A stretch of 64,000 nt of DNA from an uncultured Methylomirabilota bacterium (GCA_963845565.1 CAWJSJ010000002.1:2272001-2336000); one strand, 5' to 3'. Positions 10,686 through 19,827 are shown, counted from the first letter of the stretch. The notes: generated by a model from the letters alone, not told the origin. Numbers and translations: made by a program.

Positions 10686-12416
10686 ATGAGCAGTAAGCAT
10701 TCATTGGGTTCTTCACTTCTCCTGTGTCTGTTGTCCGTCGCGTGGCTCATCGGGGCTACGGTGGTCGCAAATGCGGCACCTGCGACGCTGGGTGCCTGGA
10801 ACCTCAAGCTGATCGGTACCGTCGACACGGCTACAGGCCCTGGCACCGCGTGGGGTGAGTATTCGAAGATCTCCCCCTGGCCCTACACCGATGGCGACTA
10901 CCTGTACGTCGGGTGCTACGAGAGCGGAGTTGGCTACGTGGGTTGTTTCCGCGTGGTCGACGTCAAGAACCCCCAACATCCCAAGCGCATCGCGACCGTC
11001 GAGGTCTTTGACAGGGTCAAGTCGCCGATGCCGCCGCTACCGAATGATCCTTACTGGGTTGGAAAAGACGCAACGAACGTGTGGACAAACGATGCCTTCA
11101 ACAACCTCCCCTTTTCCACCTCATGCGGGGACTGGGCGGTTGCTGAGGATGGAACTCGTACCGGCCCGGGCTGGACGACGGGACCCACGTGCTGGGACAA
11201 AGGCTGGATCACGCGCACCCACTACACGGCGTACGCTTCAGGCGAGTATGCCGGCTTCGACAAGCACGGTCGACTGCAATCCCGGAAGATCCTCTGGGTT
11301 AACAGTCAACGGCAGGGCAGCGCTCCTCCAAAACGGCTGGGTTACACTGGAATCCGCCTCTACGACATGGAGGACCCGGCGAACCCCAAATGGCTCTCCA
11401 CCATCGACTTTCCTGTTAGAAGGTCGGGCGACGGGACCTACAGGGAGGCAGGGGGAGTTCATCACGGCTTCTTCGATGGCCGTTATGCGTACTTGGGAGC
11501 GGAGTGGGAAGGATTCTACGGGAAGATCCTCGTGATCGTCGACACGATAGATCCCAAGAACCCCGTCGTGGTGGGGAGGTGGTGGATCCCCGGTCAGAAT
11601 TCTTTGGATCCCGCGGAAAACCCTCCGGTCCGCTATTGGGTCCAGCAAAGCAGCTTCAGTTCCCCCATCAAAGTGAACAGCCCCAATACGTTGCCGAGCA
11701 GGCACGTGGGGATGCATTACATTTCCATCAATCACATCGGGGGGAAAGAAATCGCGTTCGTCTCGTACCATCAGGCAGGGCTTGTCATCCTCGACGTCAC
11801 GGACAAGAGCAACCCCAAGTTCATCTCAAAGCTCGACTACCTTTCGCCCGAATTCCAAGCCTTGGAGCCCCAATCCGGTATGCCATCCCCTGATCATGCA
11901 AAATGCGTTGAGGTTAACGGCGTGGGTTCGGCGTGCGGGAATGCTCACTCCGCAAAGCTCATCCCCGGGACGAGCATTCTTTGGGTAGCGGATGAGTACT
12001 TCAGCCGGCCGTTTGGCCACCTTCGGTTCGTCGACGTCTCACACCTCGCTGAGCCGAAGCTCGTCTCGCATTATGTGTACCCCGAGAATCTCAACGCCAA
12101 CGGGCAAGGCCCTGGGACGGAATATCCGTCGCGCGGGCCCTCGGCGCATCTCGGCAACGCCTACGGGAATCTCCTCTTCATGGGCTGGTACGGCCTGGGC
12201 CTCCGAGTCTTCGACGTCGCCGACCCACGGCACCCTGTCGAGGTCGGCTACTACTCTTACGCTATTGATAATGGGGTGGGAGGCCAGGGAACATACGACG
12301 CGATTCTGGATTCGAAGGGGAATGTGGTAATAACCGACGAAGGTGACGGCGTCCGTATCCTGGAATACACAGGGCCGGGGTCGCGGCTCAAGCCATGGAA
12401 GGGTTATGAGGACTAG
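10686..12416 (+). CDS. Secreted LVIVD-repeat beta-propeller protein
   Basis: Signal peptide. Repeated 'LVIVDTIDPKNP', 'LVILDVTDKSNP', 'LRVFDVADPRHP' blades. GGGGG RBS. Confidence 0.88.
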   Translation: MSSKHSLGSSLLLCLLSVAWLIGATVVANAAPATLGAWNLKLIGTVDTATGPGTAWGEYSKISPWPYTDGDYLYVGCYESGVGYVGCFRVVDVKNPQHPKRIATVEVFDRVKSPMPPLPNDPYWVGKDATNVWTNDAFNNLPFSTSCGDWAVAEDGTRTGPGWTTGPTCWDKGWITRTHYTAYASGEYAGFDKHGRLQSRKILWVNSQRQGSAPPKRLGYTGIRLYDMEDPANPKWLSTIDFPVRRSGDGTYREAGGVHHGFFDGRYAYLGAEWEGFYGKILVIVDTIDPKNPVVVGRWWIPGQNSLDPAENPPVRYWVQQSSFSSPIKVNSPNTLPSRHVGMHYISINHIGGKEIAFVSYHQAGLVILDVTDKSNPKFISKLDYLSPEFQALEPQSGMPSPDHAKCVEVNGVGSACGNAHSAKLIPGTSILWVADEYFSRPFGHLRFVDVSHLAEPKLVSHYVYPENLNANGQGPGTEYPSRGPSAHLGNAYGNLLFMGWYGLGLRVFDVADPRHPVEVGYYSYAIDNGVGGQGTYDAILDSKGNVVITDEGDGVRILEYTGPGSRLKPWKGYED

Positions 12417-12460
12417 CATCGGCGCCCCAGTGGAGGGCGATAACATGCACCGATGACGCG

Positions 12461-12492
12461 CACGAGCGCCGAGGGGAACATCGGCGCTCGTG
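12461..12492. repeat. 12-bp-stem hairpin CACGAGCGCCGA-N8-TCGGCGCTCGTG, related to 9292-9329
   Basis: Read directly; lies 44 nt after the LVIVD stop codon. Confidence 0.85.
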
Positions 12493-12587
12493 GTGGTTTG
12501 GGCGAACAGTATTGGCTCGGGTTGGTCTCCCCCCCCCCCGGGGGGGGGGAGAAGTCAATCCTCATCGGTCAGTCTATGCCCGAAGCG

Positions 12588-12620
12588 AAAACGCCCCGGA
12601 GGGCATCGCCCTCCGGGGCG
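12588..12620 (-). terminator. Intrinsic terminator of the dipeptidase gene
   Basis: 13-bp stem CGCCCCGGAGGGC/GCCCTCCGGGGCG followed by TTTT on the minus strand. Confidence 0.75.
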
Positions 12621-12641
12621 CTCTTGTCTCGGAGATCTTCC

Positions 12642-14028
12642 CTACGCCTTGCTCGTCCCCGTCTCGGCCAACTCCTCGAAAAGGTACGCCGCCGACAGCA
12701 TGCCGTGGTGGAGGTTGTCGAGGTCCAGCTTCTCGTTGGGGGCGTGGGCGTTCTCGTCGGGCAGGCCGATGCCCATCAGCAGGATGGGCGCCTTGAGCAA
12801 CCGGTCGAAGGTCGCGACGACCGGAATCGTGCCGCCGGTCCGGGTGTAGACCGGCTTCTTGCCGAAGCCCTTCTGGATGGCGCGGGCCACGGCCTGCAGC
12901 GACGGGTGATCGGTGGGGACCAGCCACGGCGTGCCGCGGCCCGAGACTTCCGTGATCTTCAGGCGGACGGTCTTCGGCGCGAGGCGCTTGACGTGCTGGG
13001 CGAACAGCCGGGCGATCTTGTTGGGGTCCTGATTGGGCGCGAGACGCATGCTGACCTTGGCCATGGCGCGGCAGGGCAGAACGGTCTTGGCGCCTTCGCC
13101 GATGAACCCGCTGCAGAGGCCGTTGACCTCCAAGGTGGGGCGGGCCCAGAGGCGCTCCAGGGTGGTGAAGCCCTTCTCCCCGAAGAGCGCCGGGGCCCCC
13201 AGGTTCTTCTGGAACTTCTTCTCACTGAAGGGCAGCTTGGCCAGGGCCCGGCGCTCCGCGGCGGGGAGCCTCCGGACATCGTCGTAGAAACCGGGGATGG
13301 TGATCCGGCCGTTCCGGTCCTTGAGCTGGGCGAGGAGCTGCGCCAGCGCCATGGCGGGGTTCTCGATGGAGCCGCCAAAGCCCCCGGAGTGCAGGTCACT
13401 CTTCGCCACCTCGAGGTCGATCTGGAAGTAGACCAGGCCCCGCAGGCCGACGGTGATGCCGGGGGCGTCCTTGGCGATCATGGCCGTGTCCGAGATCACG
13501 ACGACGTCGGTCTGCAGCATCGCCTTGTGCTGCCGGATGAACGCATCCAAGCTCGGGCTGCCGATCTCTTCCTCGCCCTCGATGAGCAGCCGGACGTTGA
13601 CGGGTAGCCGACCGGCGGTCTTCAGGTGGGCCTCCAGGGCCTTCAAGTGCATGAACACTTGGCCCTTGTCATCCACGGCGCCGCGGGCGAAAAGCTCGCC
13701 GTTCCGGACGGTCGGATCGAAGGCGCCGGTCGTCCACAATTCCAGCGGCTCGGCCGGCTGGACGTCGTAGTGGCCGTAGATGAGGGCCGTGGGTTTCCCG
13801 GCGGCGTGCAGCCAGTCGGCATACACCACCGGGTGCCCAGCGGTCGGAAGGATCGCCACGTGCTCCAACCCCATGACCGCGCATCTGCTCGACGAGCCAC
13901 TCGGCGGCCTTTTGCATGTCCGCCTTGTGCTCGGACTTGGTGCTGACGCAGGGAATGCGAAGGAACCCCTTCAGTTCCTCCACGAACGCCGACCGCCGCT
14001 CCTGGATGTACTCGATGGCAGGATGCAT
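12642..14028 (-). CDS. M20 family metallo-dipeptidase (CNDP/Dug1-like), one +1 frameshift at ~13876
   Basis: N-terminus in ORF 13669-14028, remainder in 12642-13874. Motifs 'YGHYDVQP', 'ARGAVDDKGQ', 'EGEEEIGS', 'HAPNEK'. Confidence 0.92.
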
Positions 14029-14068
14029 GCGTTCCTCCGTGTGGGTTGAGAGGGTGGACGCGGTCGGG

Positions 14069-14893
14069 TTAGGGAACCACGATACCGCCGGCCCGGACGA
14101 TCTTGAGGCCGAGCCGCTGCAATTCGTCCAGGTAGAAGTTGACGCCGATCGAATCGCTGGCCATGTGACCGGTGACGATGAGATTGCCGACCAGTCGCTG
14201 CTCCCGCGCCTCGCGCAGGTCGGCCTCGGGGAAGTGCATCATCAGCACCGTGCCGATCCCCGCCTCGAAGTAGGCCCGCAGGACGTCCACGCCGCCATTG
14301 GTGTATCCGCCGATGGCCACCGCCACCCGGCCCGCCAGCCGGTCGGCGGCCCCCAGCCGCACCTGGGGAGCGGTGGCGGCGGCCTGTTGTTCGGGAAACT
14401 CCTGAAGGGCCTCGATCACCTCGGCCACCGTGGCCCGGCTCTTCGGATCGTTGAAGCGGGCCAGTCTCTCTGCGATCAGCCGGCGGGTGATGACGTCGCA
14501 GGGGACGTGCACGTTCAGGAAGGCCAGCTTCAGCAGCCGGGCAGCCTGGACCACGCGCCCGTAGTTTCGGGTGTGGCTGTTCAGCTCCACCTGCTGCATG
14601 CGCCGCTGGAGAGCGGCCTCGGCCTTGGCGACGGGGACGCCGCACTCCACCATCTGCTCGATCTGGTTCCGCATCACCCGCCAGCCGTTCAAGGCAGCCG
14701 TCCCTTCGGGGTGGTGCGCCAGCACGGTGTCGCACTTGAGCTCCCGAGCCAACAGCAAGTCGCTGACGTCGCAGTCGATGGTCGCGAACACCTCGCGGAC
14801 GCTGTCGCTTCGCACGTGGATGCCGGAATCGCCGGGGATCTCGGTGAGCTGCGCCAGGTCCAGAGCCACTTCCATGATGTCTTCGCTGGTCAT
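14069..14893 (-). CDS. NIF3/DUF34-like dinuclear metal protein
   Basis: GGAGG RBS then MTSEDIME. Motifs 'VLAHHPEG', 'NVHVPCD', 'VTGHMASDSIG'. Confidence 0.75.
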   Translation of the reverse strand: MTSEDIMEVALDLAQLTEIPGDSGIHVRSDSVREVFATIDCDVSDLLLARELKCDTVLAHHPEGTAALNGWRVMRNQIEQMVECGVPVAKAEAALQRRMQQVELNSHTRNYGRVVQAARLLKLAFLNVHVPCDVITRRLIAERLARFNDPKSRATVAEVIEALQEFPEQQAAATAPQVRLGAADRLAGRVAVAIGGYTNGGVDVLRAYFEAGIGTVLMMHFPEADLREAREQRLVGNLIVTGHMASDSIGVNFYLDELQRLGLKIVRAGGIVVP

Positions 14894-14943
14894 GATGCCT
14901 CCCTTTGCCGCAGGGGCCGTGTGTGTTCCCGCGCCGGCTCCTC

Positions 14944-14972
14944 CTCTAACACGCTCCGGCACGGCGGTCAAG
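14944..14972 (-). promoter_or_regulatory. Putative sigma70 promoter for the NIF3-dipeptidase genes
   Basis: TTGACC-N17-TAGAGG on the minus strand. Confidence 0.4.
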
Positions 14973-15000
14973 GTTCAAAAGCGGCACCGCGCAAATTCTG

Positions 15001-15029
15001 TTGACACTGGTGGTTCGATCAAGTAAATA
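15001..15029 (+). promoter_or_regulatory. Putative sigma70 promoter upstream of the SAM riboswitch
   Basis: TTGACA-N17-TAAATA just before the aptamer. Confidence 0.55.
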
Positions 15030-15037
15030 ACGCTACA

Positions 15038-15172
15038 CTTCTCATCCAGAGTGGCTGAGGGACTGGCCCGAAGAAGCCACGGCAACCCCGCGCGACGTGC
15101 GGGGTGCTAACTCCTGCCCCACGACCGGCGCGCACCGCTACGGCGCAGGCGTCAGCGGGGAGAGATGGGAAG
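15038..15172 (+). ncRNA. SAM-I (S-box) riboswitch aptamer
   Basis: CTCATCCAGAG...GAGGGACTGGCCCGAAGAAGCC.CGGCAACC...GGTGCTAACTCC...GAGAGATGGGA consensus. P1 is CTTCTCATC/GATGGGAAG. Confidence 0.95.
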
Positions 15173-15189
15173 GGGAACGGAGACGTCAA

Positions 15190-15229
15190 CCCCTTCTCAC
15201 GACCCCGGTGGGAAGGGGCGTTGTTTTTT
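15190..15229 (+). terminator. Riboswitch expression-platform terminator
   Basis: Stem CCCCTTCTCAC/GTGGGAAGGGG plus TTGTTTTTT. The left arm can alternatively pair with the P1 3' strand (antiterminator). Confidence 0.85.
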
Positions 15230-15267
15230 GGCGCCGGCCGCCGGGCCGTCGGGATCATACGGGTGCA

Positions 15268-16239
15268 ATGACTGGATATCTCGTTCGCCGCTTGTGGCAG
15301 TCACTGCTGGTCCTGTTCGGGATCTCGATCATCATTTTCACCATCCTCCATCTGACCGGCGACCCTGCCGTCCTCCTGATGCCGCCGGACGCCACCAAGG
15401 AGGACATCGACAACTTCCGCAAGGTGATGGGCTTCAACGACCCGCTCTTCCTCCGGTGGCCGCCCTGGGAGCATCTCAGCCCGCCCTGGCGGTTCCTCAC
15501 GGACACGCAGTACGGTCGATTCTTCACGGGGGTGGTGCGGGGGGACTTCGGCAACTCCTTCCGGCATCAGCAGCCGGCGATGGGCCTCGTCATGGAACGG
15601 ATGCCGGCCACCATCCAGCTCACGCTGACCGCCATGGCCATCGCGGTCTGCGTGGCGGTGCCGGTGGGCATCCTCTCGGCGGTCCGCCGCAACAGCGCAC
15701 TCGACCATGCGGGCATGGTGCTGGCGCTGCTGGGGCAGTCCATGCCGGTCTACTGGCTCGGGATCATGTTCATCCTGCTCTTCGCCGTCCGGCTGAATCT
15801 CCTGCCGGCGTTCGGGGCCGGCTCGTGGCGACACCTGATCCTCCCGGCCATCACGCTGGGCGCGTTTTCCATGGCGCGGATCGCCCGCCTCACGCGCTCC
15901 AGCATGCTGGAGGTGCTGGGGCAGGAGTACGTGCGGACCGCGCGCGCCAAGGGGCTCTCGGAGCTCCGGACGGTGCTCAAGCACGGGCTGAAGAACGCCG
16001 CCATCCCGGTGGTGACGGTGATCGGGCTGGATATGGGCACGCTGCTGGGCGGCGCGGTCATCACCGAGACCATCTTTGCGTGGCCGGGCGTCGGGCGGCT
16101 GGCGGTGCAGGCGATCTCGTACCGCGACTACCCGCTGGTCCAGGCGGCGGTGTTCACGCTGGCCCTGATTTTCGTCCTCATCAATTTCCTGGTGGATATC
16201 CTCTATACCTATCTGGATCCGCGGGTGGCGTACAAGTGA
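15268..16239 (+). CDS. Peptide/nickel ABC transporter permease (DppB/GsiC-like)
   Basis: 'YLVRRL', 'GDFGNSF', EAA loop 'EYVRTARAKGL', 'TETIFAWPGVG', 'DPRV'. Confidence 0.95.
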   Translation: MTGYLVRRLWQSLLVLFGISIIIFTILHLTGDPAVLLMPPDATKEDIDNFRKVMGFNDPLFLRWPPWEHLSPPWRFLTDTQYGRFFTGVVRGDFGNSFRHQQPAMGLVMERMPATIQLTLTAMAIAVCVAVPVGILSAVRRNSALDHAGMVLALLGQSMPVYWLGIMFILLFAVRLNLLPAFGAGSWRHLILPAITLGAFSMARIARLTRSSMLEVLGQEYVRTARAKGLSELRTVLKHGLKNAAIPVVTVIGLDMGTLLGGAVITETIFAWPGVGRLAVQAISYRDYPLVQAAVFTLALIFVLINFLVDILYTYLDPRVAYK

Positions 16240-16284
16240 CGGGCGAGATGCGAGTCGCGAGCCGCGAGGCGCGAACGGTGCGCC

Positions 16285-17196
16285 ATGAGTGACGGAAGCG
16301 TGGCGATCGAGATGAGCGGTGCGACGACGCGGGAGGGGCGGCAGGACCTCCGGCGCGTGCTCAAGGAGCTCGTCCGCAACAAGGCGGCCTTGCTCGGACT
16401 GCTCATCCTGGTCGGGATCGCGGCGTCCGCGATTGCGGCCCCCCTGCTGGCCCCCTTCGACCCGACGCTGCAGGAAGTCACGCTGCGGCTCAAGCCGCCC
16501 GGGTGGACGACCCCGGACGGCCAGCTCAGCCTCTTGGGGACCGACCACCTGGGCCGGGACATCCTGAGCCGGCTCATCTTCGGTGCGCGGATTTCGCTGA
16601 TCATCGGCGTGTCGGCGGTGGCGCTGGCGGGCACCCTGGGCACGCTGCTGGGCCTGGTGGCGGGCTACCGGGGCGGGCGCGTGGACGACTTCGTGATGCG
16701 CCTGACCGACACCATGTTGGCCATGCCGTTCATCCTGCTGGCCCTGGCGGTCATCGCGGTTCTCGGGCCGAGTCTGCGGAACATCATCTTCGTGCTCGGC
16801 ATCACGAGCTGGGTGTCCTACGCCCGGGTCGTGCGGGCCGAGGTGCTGACCCTGCGCACGCGGGAGTTCGTGTCCGCGGCGCAGGCGCTGGGCGGCGCCG
16901 GGTCGCGGATCGTGTTCCGGCACCTGCTGCCCAACGTCCTGACGCCCGTCATCGTGATCGCGACGCTCGAGGTGGCGCGGATGATCATCCTGGAATCCGC
17001 GCTCTCGTTCCTCGGTCTCGGGGTGCAACCCCCCACGCCGACGTGGGGCGGCATGCTGGCGGACGGACGGGCCTACCTGTCGACGGCGTGGTGGCAGGCG
17101 ACGTTTCCCGGTGTGTCCATCATGCTGACCGTGCTCGGGATCAATCTGCTGGGCGACTGGTTGCGGGATGTTCTGGACCCACGTCTGCAACTCTAG
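16285..17196 (+). CDS. Peptide/nickel ABC transporter permease (DppC/GsiD-like)
   Basis: 'LGTDHLGRDILSRLIFGARISL', 'HLLPNV', 'LSFLGLG..PPTPTWG'. Confidence 0.95.
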   Translation: MSDGSVAIEMSGATTREGRQDLRRVLKELVRNKAALLGLLILVGIAASAIAAPLLAPFDPTLQEVTLRLKPPGWTTPDGQLSLLGTDHLGRDILSRLIFGARISLIIGVSAVALAGTLGTLLGLVAGYRGGRVDDFVMRLTDTMLAMPFILLALAVIAVLGPSLRNIIFVLGITSWVSYARVVRAEVLTLRTREFVSAAQALGGAGSRIVFRHLLPNVLTPVIVIATLEVARMIILESALSFLGLGVQPPTPTWGGMLADGRAYLSTAWWQATFPGVSIMLTVLGINLLGDWLRDVLDPRLQL

Positions 17197-17277
17197 GGGC
17201 GTGAACCGCCACCCGGGAGCCGCGCCTGCGGCCGGGCGGCATCGTACGGACTCGATGGTAGAAGAGGAGGGAGTGGC

Positions 17278-18828
17278 ATGCGAAAGTGGACGGCATGGAT
17301 CTGGGCCGCGGCGTTGGTGCTGGCGGTGGCGCCCCTGGCCTGGGCGGCGCCCAGTGGGAAAGTCGTGGTGGCTCAAGGCGTGGACCCGACGACACTGGAC
17401 CCGCAGGACCACGAGGAGACCCCGGCTTTCAACGTGCTCCTGAATATCTACGACACCCTCTTGATCCGGGACAAGGACCTGAAGATCACTCCGTGGCTCG
17501 CCACCTCGTACAAACTCGTCAACCCCACCACCTGGGAGTTCAAGCTTCGTCAGGGGGTGAAATTCACCAACGGCGAGGAGTTCGACGCCGAGGTCGCCAA
17601 GTTCAGCCTGGAGCGGATGGCCAATCCCGCCAACAACCTGAAGATGACCGCGCTTCGCACGATCGCGCGGGTTGACGTCAAGGACAAGTACACGATTCAG
17701 ATTGTCACGCACAAGCCGTTCCCGACGCTGGACGCCCATCTCACGCTGCGCGGCGCCATGTTGCCGCCCAAGTACTTCAAGGAGAAGGACAAGGCCTTCC
17801 TGGCGCGGAACCCCGTCGGGACGGGCGCCTTCAAGTTCGTCACCTGGGTCAAGGACGACCGGATCGAGTTCGAGGCGAACGAGCAGTGGTGGCACGGCGC
17901 TCCGCAGATCAAGACGCTGATCTTCCGTCCGATTCCTGAGGAGACCACCCGGATGTCGGCCCTGCAGACCGGTGAGGTGGACATCGCGACCAACGTGCCG
18001 CCCCACCTGGTCAAAGAGCTCAAGAACCACCCCAAGATCACCATCTCGTCGGCGCCCAGCGTCCGGACGATCTTCATCCCCATCTACAACGTCCAGTGCG
18101 AGATGGCCCAGGGCTCCTACGATTGCACCAAGCCCTACCCGGGGCCGACGGCCAATCCCAAAGTGCGCCAGGCAATAAACTACGCAGTGGACGTGGACGC
18201 CATCATCAAGAACGTCCTGGAGGGGCAAGCGATCCGGACGGCCACACCGCTCACGGCCAAGCACTTCGGCTATGATCCGACGCTCAAGCCGTTCCCCTAC
18301 GACCCCGCCAAGGCGAAGAAGCTCCTGGCCGAGGCCGGCTATCCCAACGGCATCGACCTGGTGCTGAACTCCCCCAACGGCCGCTATCCCAAAGACAAAG
18401 AGGTTGCCGAGGCAGTGGCGGGACAGTTGACCAAGGCGGGCATTCGCACCCAGCTCAAGGTCCATGAGTGGACCACCTACATGACCAATTTGTCGTACCG
18501 CCACAATGCGGGACCCATGTGGCTGATCGGTTGGGGCAACACGGCGTGGGATGCGGACTACACCTACACTCCCATGTTCCGGACGAACCAGATCCTGGCC
18601 AACTACTGGAACCCGGACTTCAACAACCTGCTGGAGGACGGGCAGACGAACATGGACCAGAAGAAGCGCCTGCAGATCTACGCCAAGGCGAGCCGCTTCT
18701 TCATCGATGATGCGCCGGCCATCCCGCTGTACCAGCAGATCGACAACTATGGCGTCAACCGGAAGGTCCAGTGGACGGCCCGGCCCGACGAGCGGATCGA
18801 AGGCTTCAGCATGGCCGTGAAACCGTAA
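17278..18828 (+). CDS. ABC transporter substrate-binding protein, family 5 (DppA/GsiB-like)
   Basis: Signal peptide, 'TLDP', 'LATSY..WEFKLRQGVKFTNG', 'PVGTGAFKF', 'VRQAINYAVD'. Confidence 0.95.
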   Translation: MRKWTAWIWAAALVLAVAPLAWAAPSGKVVVAQGVDPTTLDPQDHEETPAFNVLLNIYDTLLIRDKDLKITPWLATSYKLVNPTTWEFKLRQGVKFTNGEEFDAEVAKFSLERMANPANNLKMTALRTIARVDVKDKYTIQIVTHKPFPTLDAHLTLRGAMLPPKYFKEKDKAFLARNPVGTGAFKFVTWVKDDRIEFEANEQWWHGAPQIKTLIFRPIPEETTRMSALQTGEVDIATNVPPHLVKELKNHPKITISSAPSVRTIFIPIYNVQCEMAQGSYDCTKPYPGPTANPKVRQAINYAVDVDAIIKNVLEGQAIRTATPLTAKHFGYDPTLKPFPYDPAKAKKLLAEAGYPNGIDLVLNSPNGRYPKDKEVAEAVAGQLTKAGIRTQLKVHEWTTYMTNLSYRHNAGPMWLIGWGNTAWDADYTYTPMFRTNQILANYWNPDFNNLLEDGQTNMDQKKRLQIYAKASRFFIDDAPAIPLYQQIDNYGVNRKVQWTARPDERIEGFSMAVKP

Positions 18829-18840
18829 CGAGCGCTTTCG

Positions 18841-18938
18841 GCCGTCAGCGATCAGCGTTCAGCCGCACGACGGAGGGCTGAGAGCGCTGTCGGGCCGTCC
18901 GGAACCCGGCTGAGCGCTGATTGCTGATCGCTGATGGC
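18841..18938. repeat. Inverted repeat built of 7-nt TCAGCRN units
   Basis: GCCGTCAGCGATCAGCGTTCAGCC ... GGCTGAGCGCTGATTGCTGATCGCTGATGGC. Confidence 0.7.
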
Positions 18939-18955
18939 TCCGCGAGGTGGGTTCC

Positions 18956-19264
18956 ATGTACGTTGTCTGCGTCACGGTACGCGTCGTGCCGGAACGGACT
19001 GATGCCTTCCTTCAGGCCACCCTCGACAACGCTCGCCAGAGCCGGCAGGAGCCCGGGAACGTTCGCTTCGACGTGCTGCAGGCCGAGTCTGAGCCCAGCC
19101 AGTTCTTCCTCTATGAGGTCTATCGCGGGAAGGACGACTTCGCCCGCCACCAGCAGGCACCGCATTACCTGCGTTGGAAGGAGACCGTTGCCCCCTGGAT
19201 GGCGACTCCCCGGCAGGGCGTCCGTCATCTGAGTTGTTTTCCCGATGCGGCTGGATGGGGATAG
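18956..19264 (+). CDS. ABM-domain protein, LsrG-like
   Basis: 'EPGNVRFDVLQ...FFLYEVY...HQQAPHY' closely resembles LsrG. Confidence 0.85.
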   Translation: MYVVCVTVRVVPERTDAFLQATLDNARQSRQEPGNVRFDVLQAESEPSQFFLYEVYRGKDDFARHQQAPHYLRWKETVAPWMATPRQGVRHLSCFPDAAGWG

Positions 19265-19372
19265 GGGGTCGGGCGGAGACCAGCCGCGGGGTCGGATCGC
19301 AGCCCGCCTCGGACGCGTCCGGGCCGTGCGCGGAAGCGTGGGCGGGTTTCGGCGGGGCTCTCGAATCGAAGG

Positions 19373-19762
19373 TCAGCGCGCGGCAGCGAGCTTGGCGAGA
19401 AACCGGTCACGGGAGAGCCGCATGCGTTCGTGGCGGCCCTCGCCGATCGTACCGCGGTCGTCGTAGGCGATCACGATGAACGTGAGCTTCCGACCCTCCA
19501 CGGCGACCAGCGTGGCCTCGGCCCTGACCTCGGCGCCGACGGGCGTCGCGGCGAGGTGGGTGATCTCGAGGCGGGTCCCCACGGTGGTCTCCTCCGGCGC
19601 GAGGCGCCCGGCGAGCGCATTCACCGCAGCAGCCTCGACGAGCGCCACCAGGGCCGGAGTGCCGAATGCCGGCACGTCGCCGCTCCCCAGGGCCGCGGCC
19701 GTTTGGTCCGCGGTCACCCGCGTGACGACCTGACCACGTAGCCCCACCACGATTTCAGGCAT
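19373..19762 (-). CDS. Fluoroacetyl-CoA thioesterase (FlK)-like hotdog-fold thioesterase
   Basis: 'FGTPALVALVEAAA', 'TVGTRLEITHLAATP', 'IGEGRHER'; Thr/Glu/His triad present. Confidence 0.88.
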   Translation of the reverse strand: MPEIVVGLRGQVVTRVTADQTAAALGSGDVPAFGTPALVALVEAAAVNALAGRLAPEETTVGTRLEITHLAATPVGAEVRAEATLVAVEGRKLTFIVIAYDDRGTIGEGRHERMRLSRDRFLAKLAAAR

Positions 19763-19827
19763 GGACGGCGTTCTCCTGATGGCAAGGTTCCCGGTGGACG
19801 ACTCGTCCGAGCGGCACGGGAGGCGCG

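Noticed and set aside
15301..18504. 1067-aa minus-strand ORF (also 56939-61036, 36149-38632, 39954-42437 and similar)
   Set aside because: Antisense shadows of well-supported genes, caused by high-GC codon bias; no recognisable motifs.
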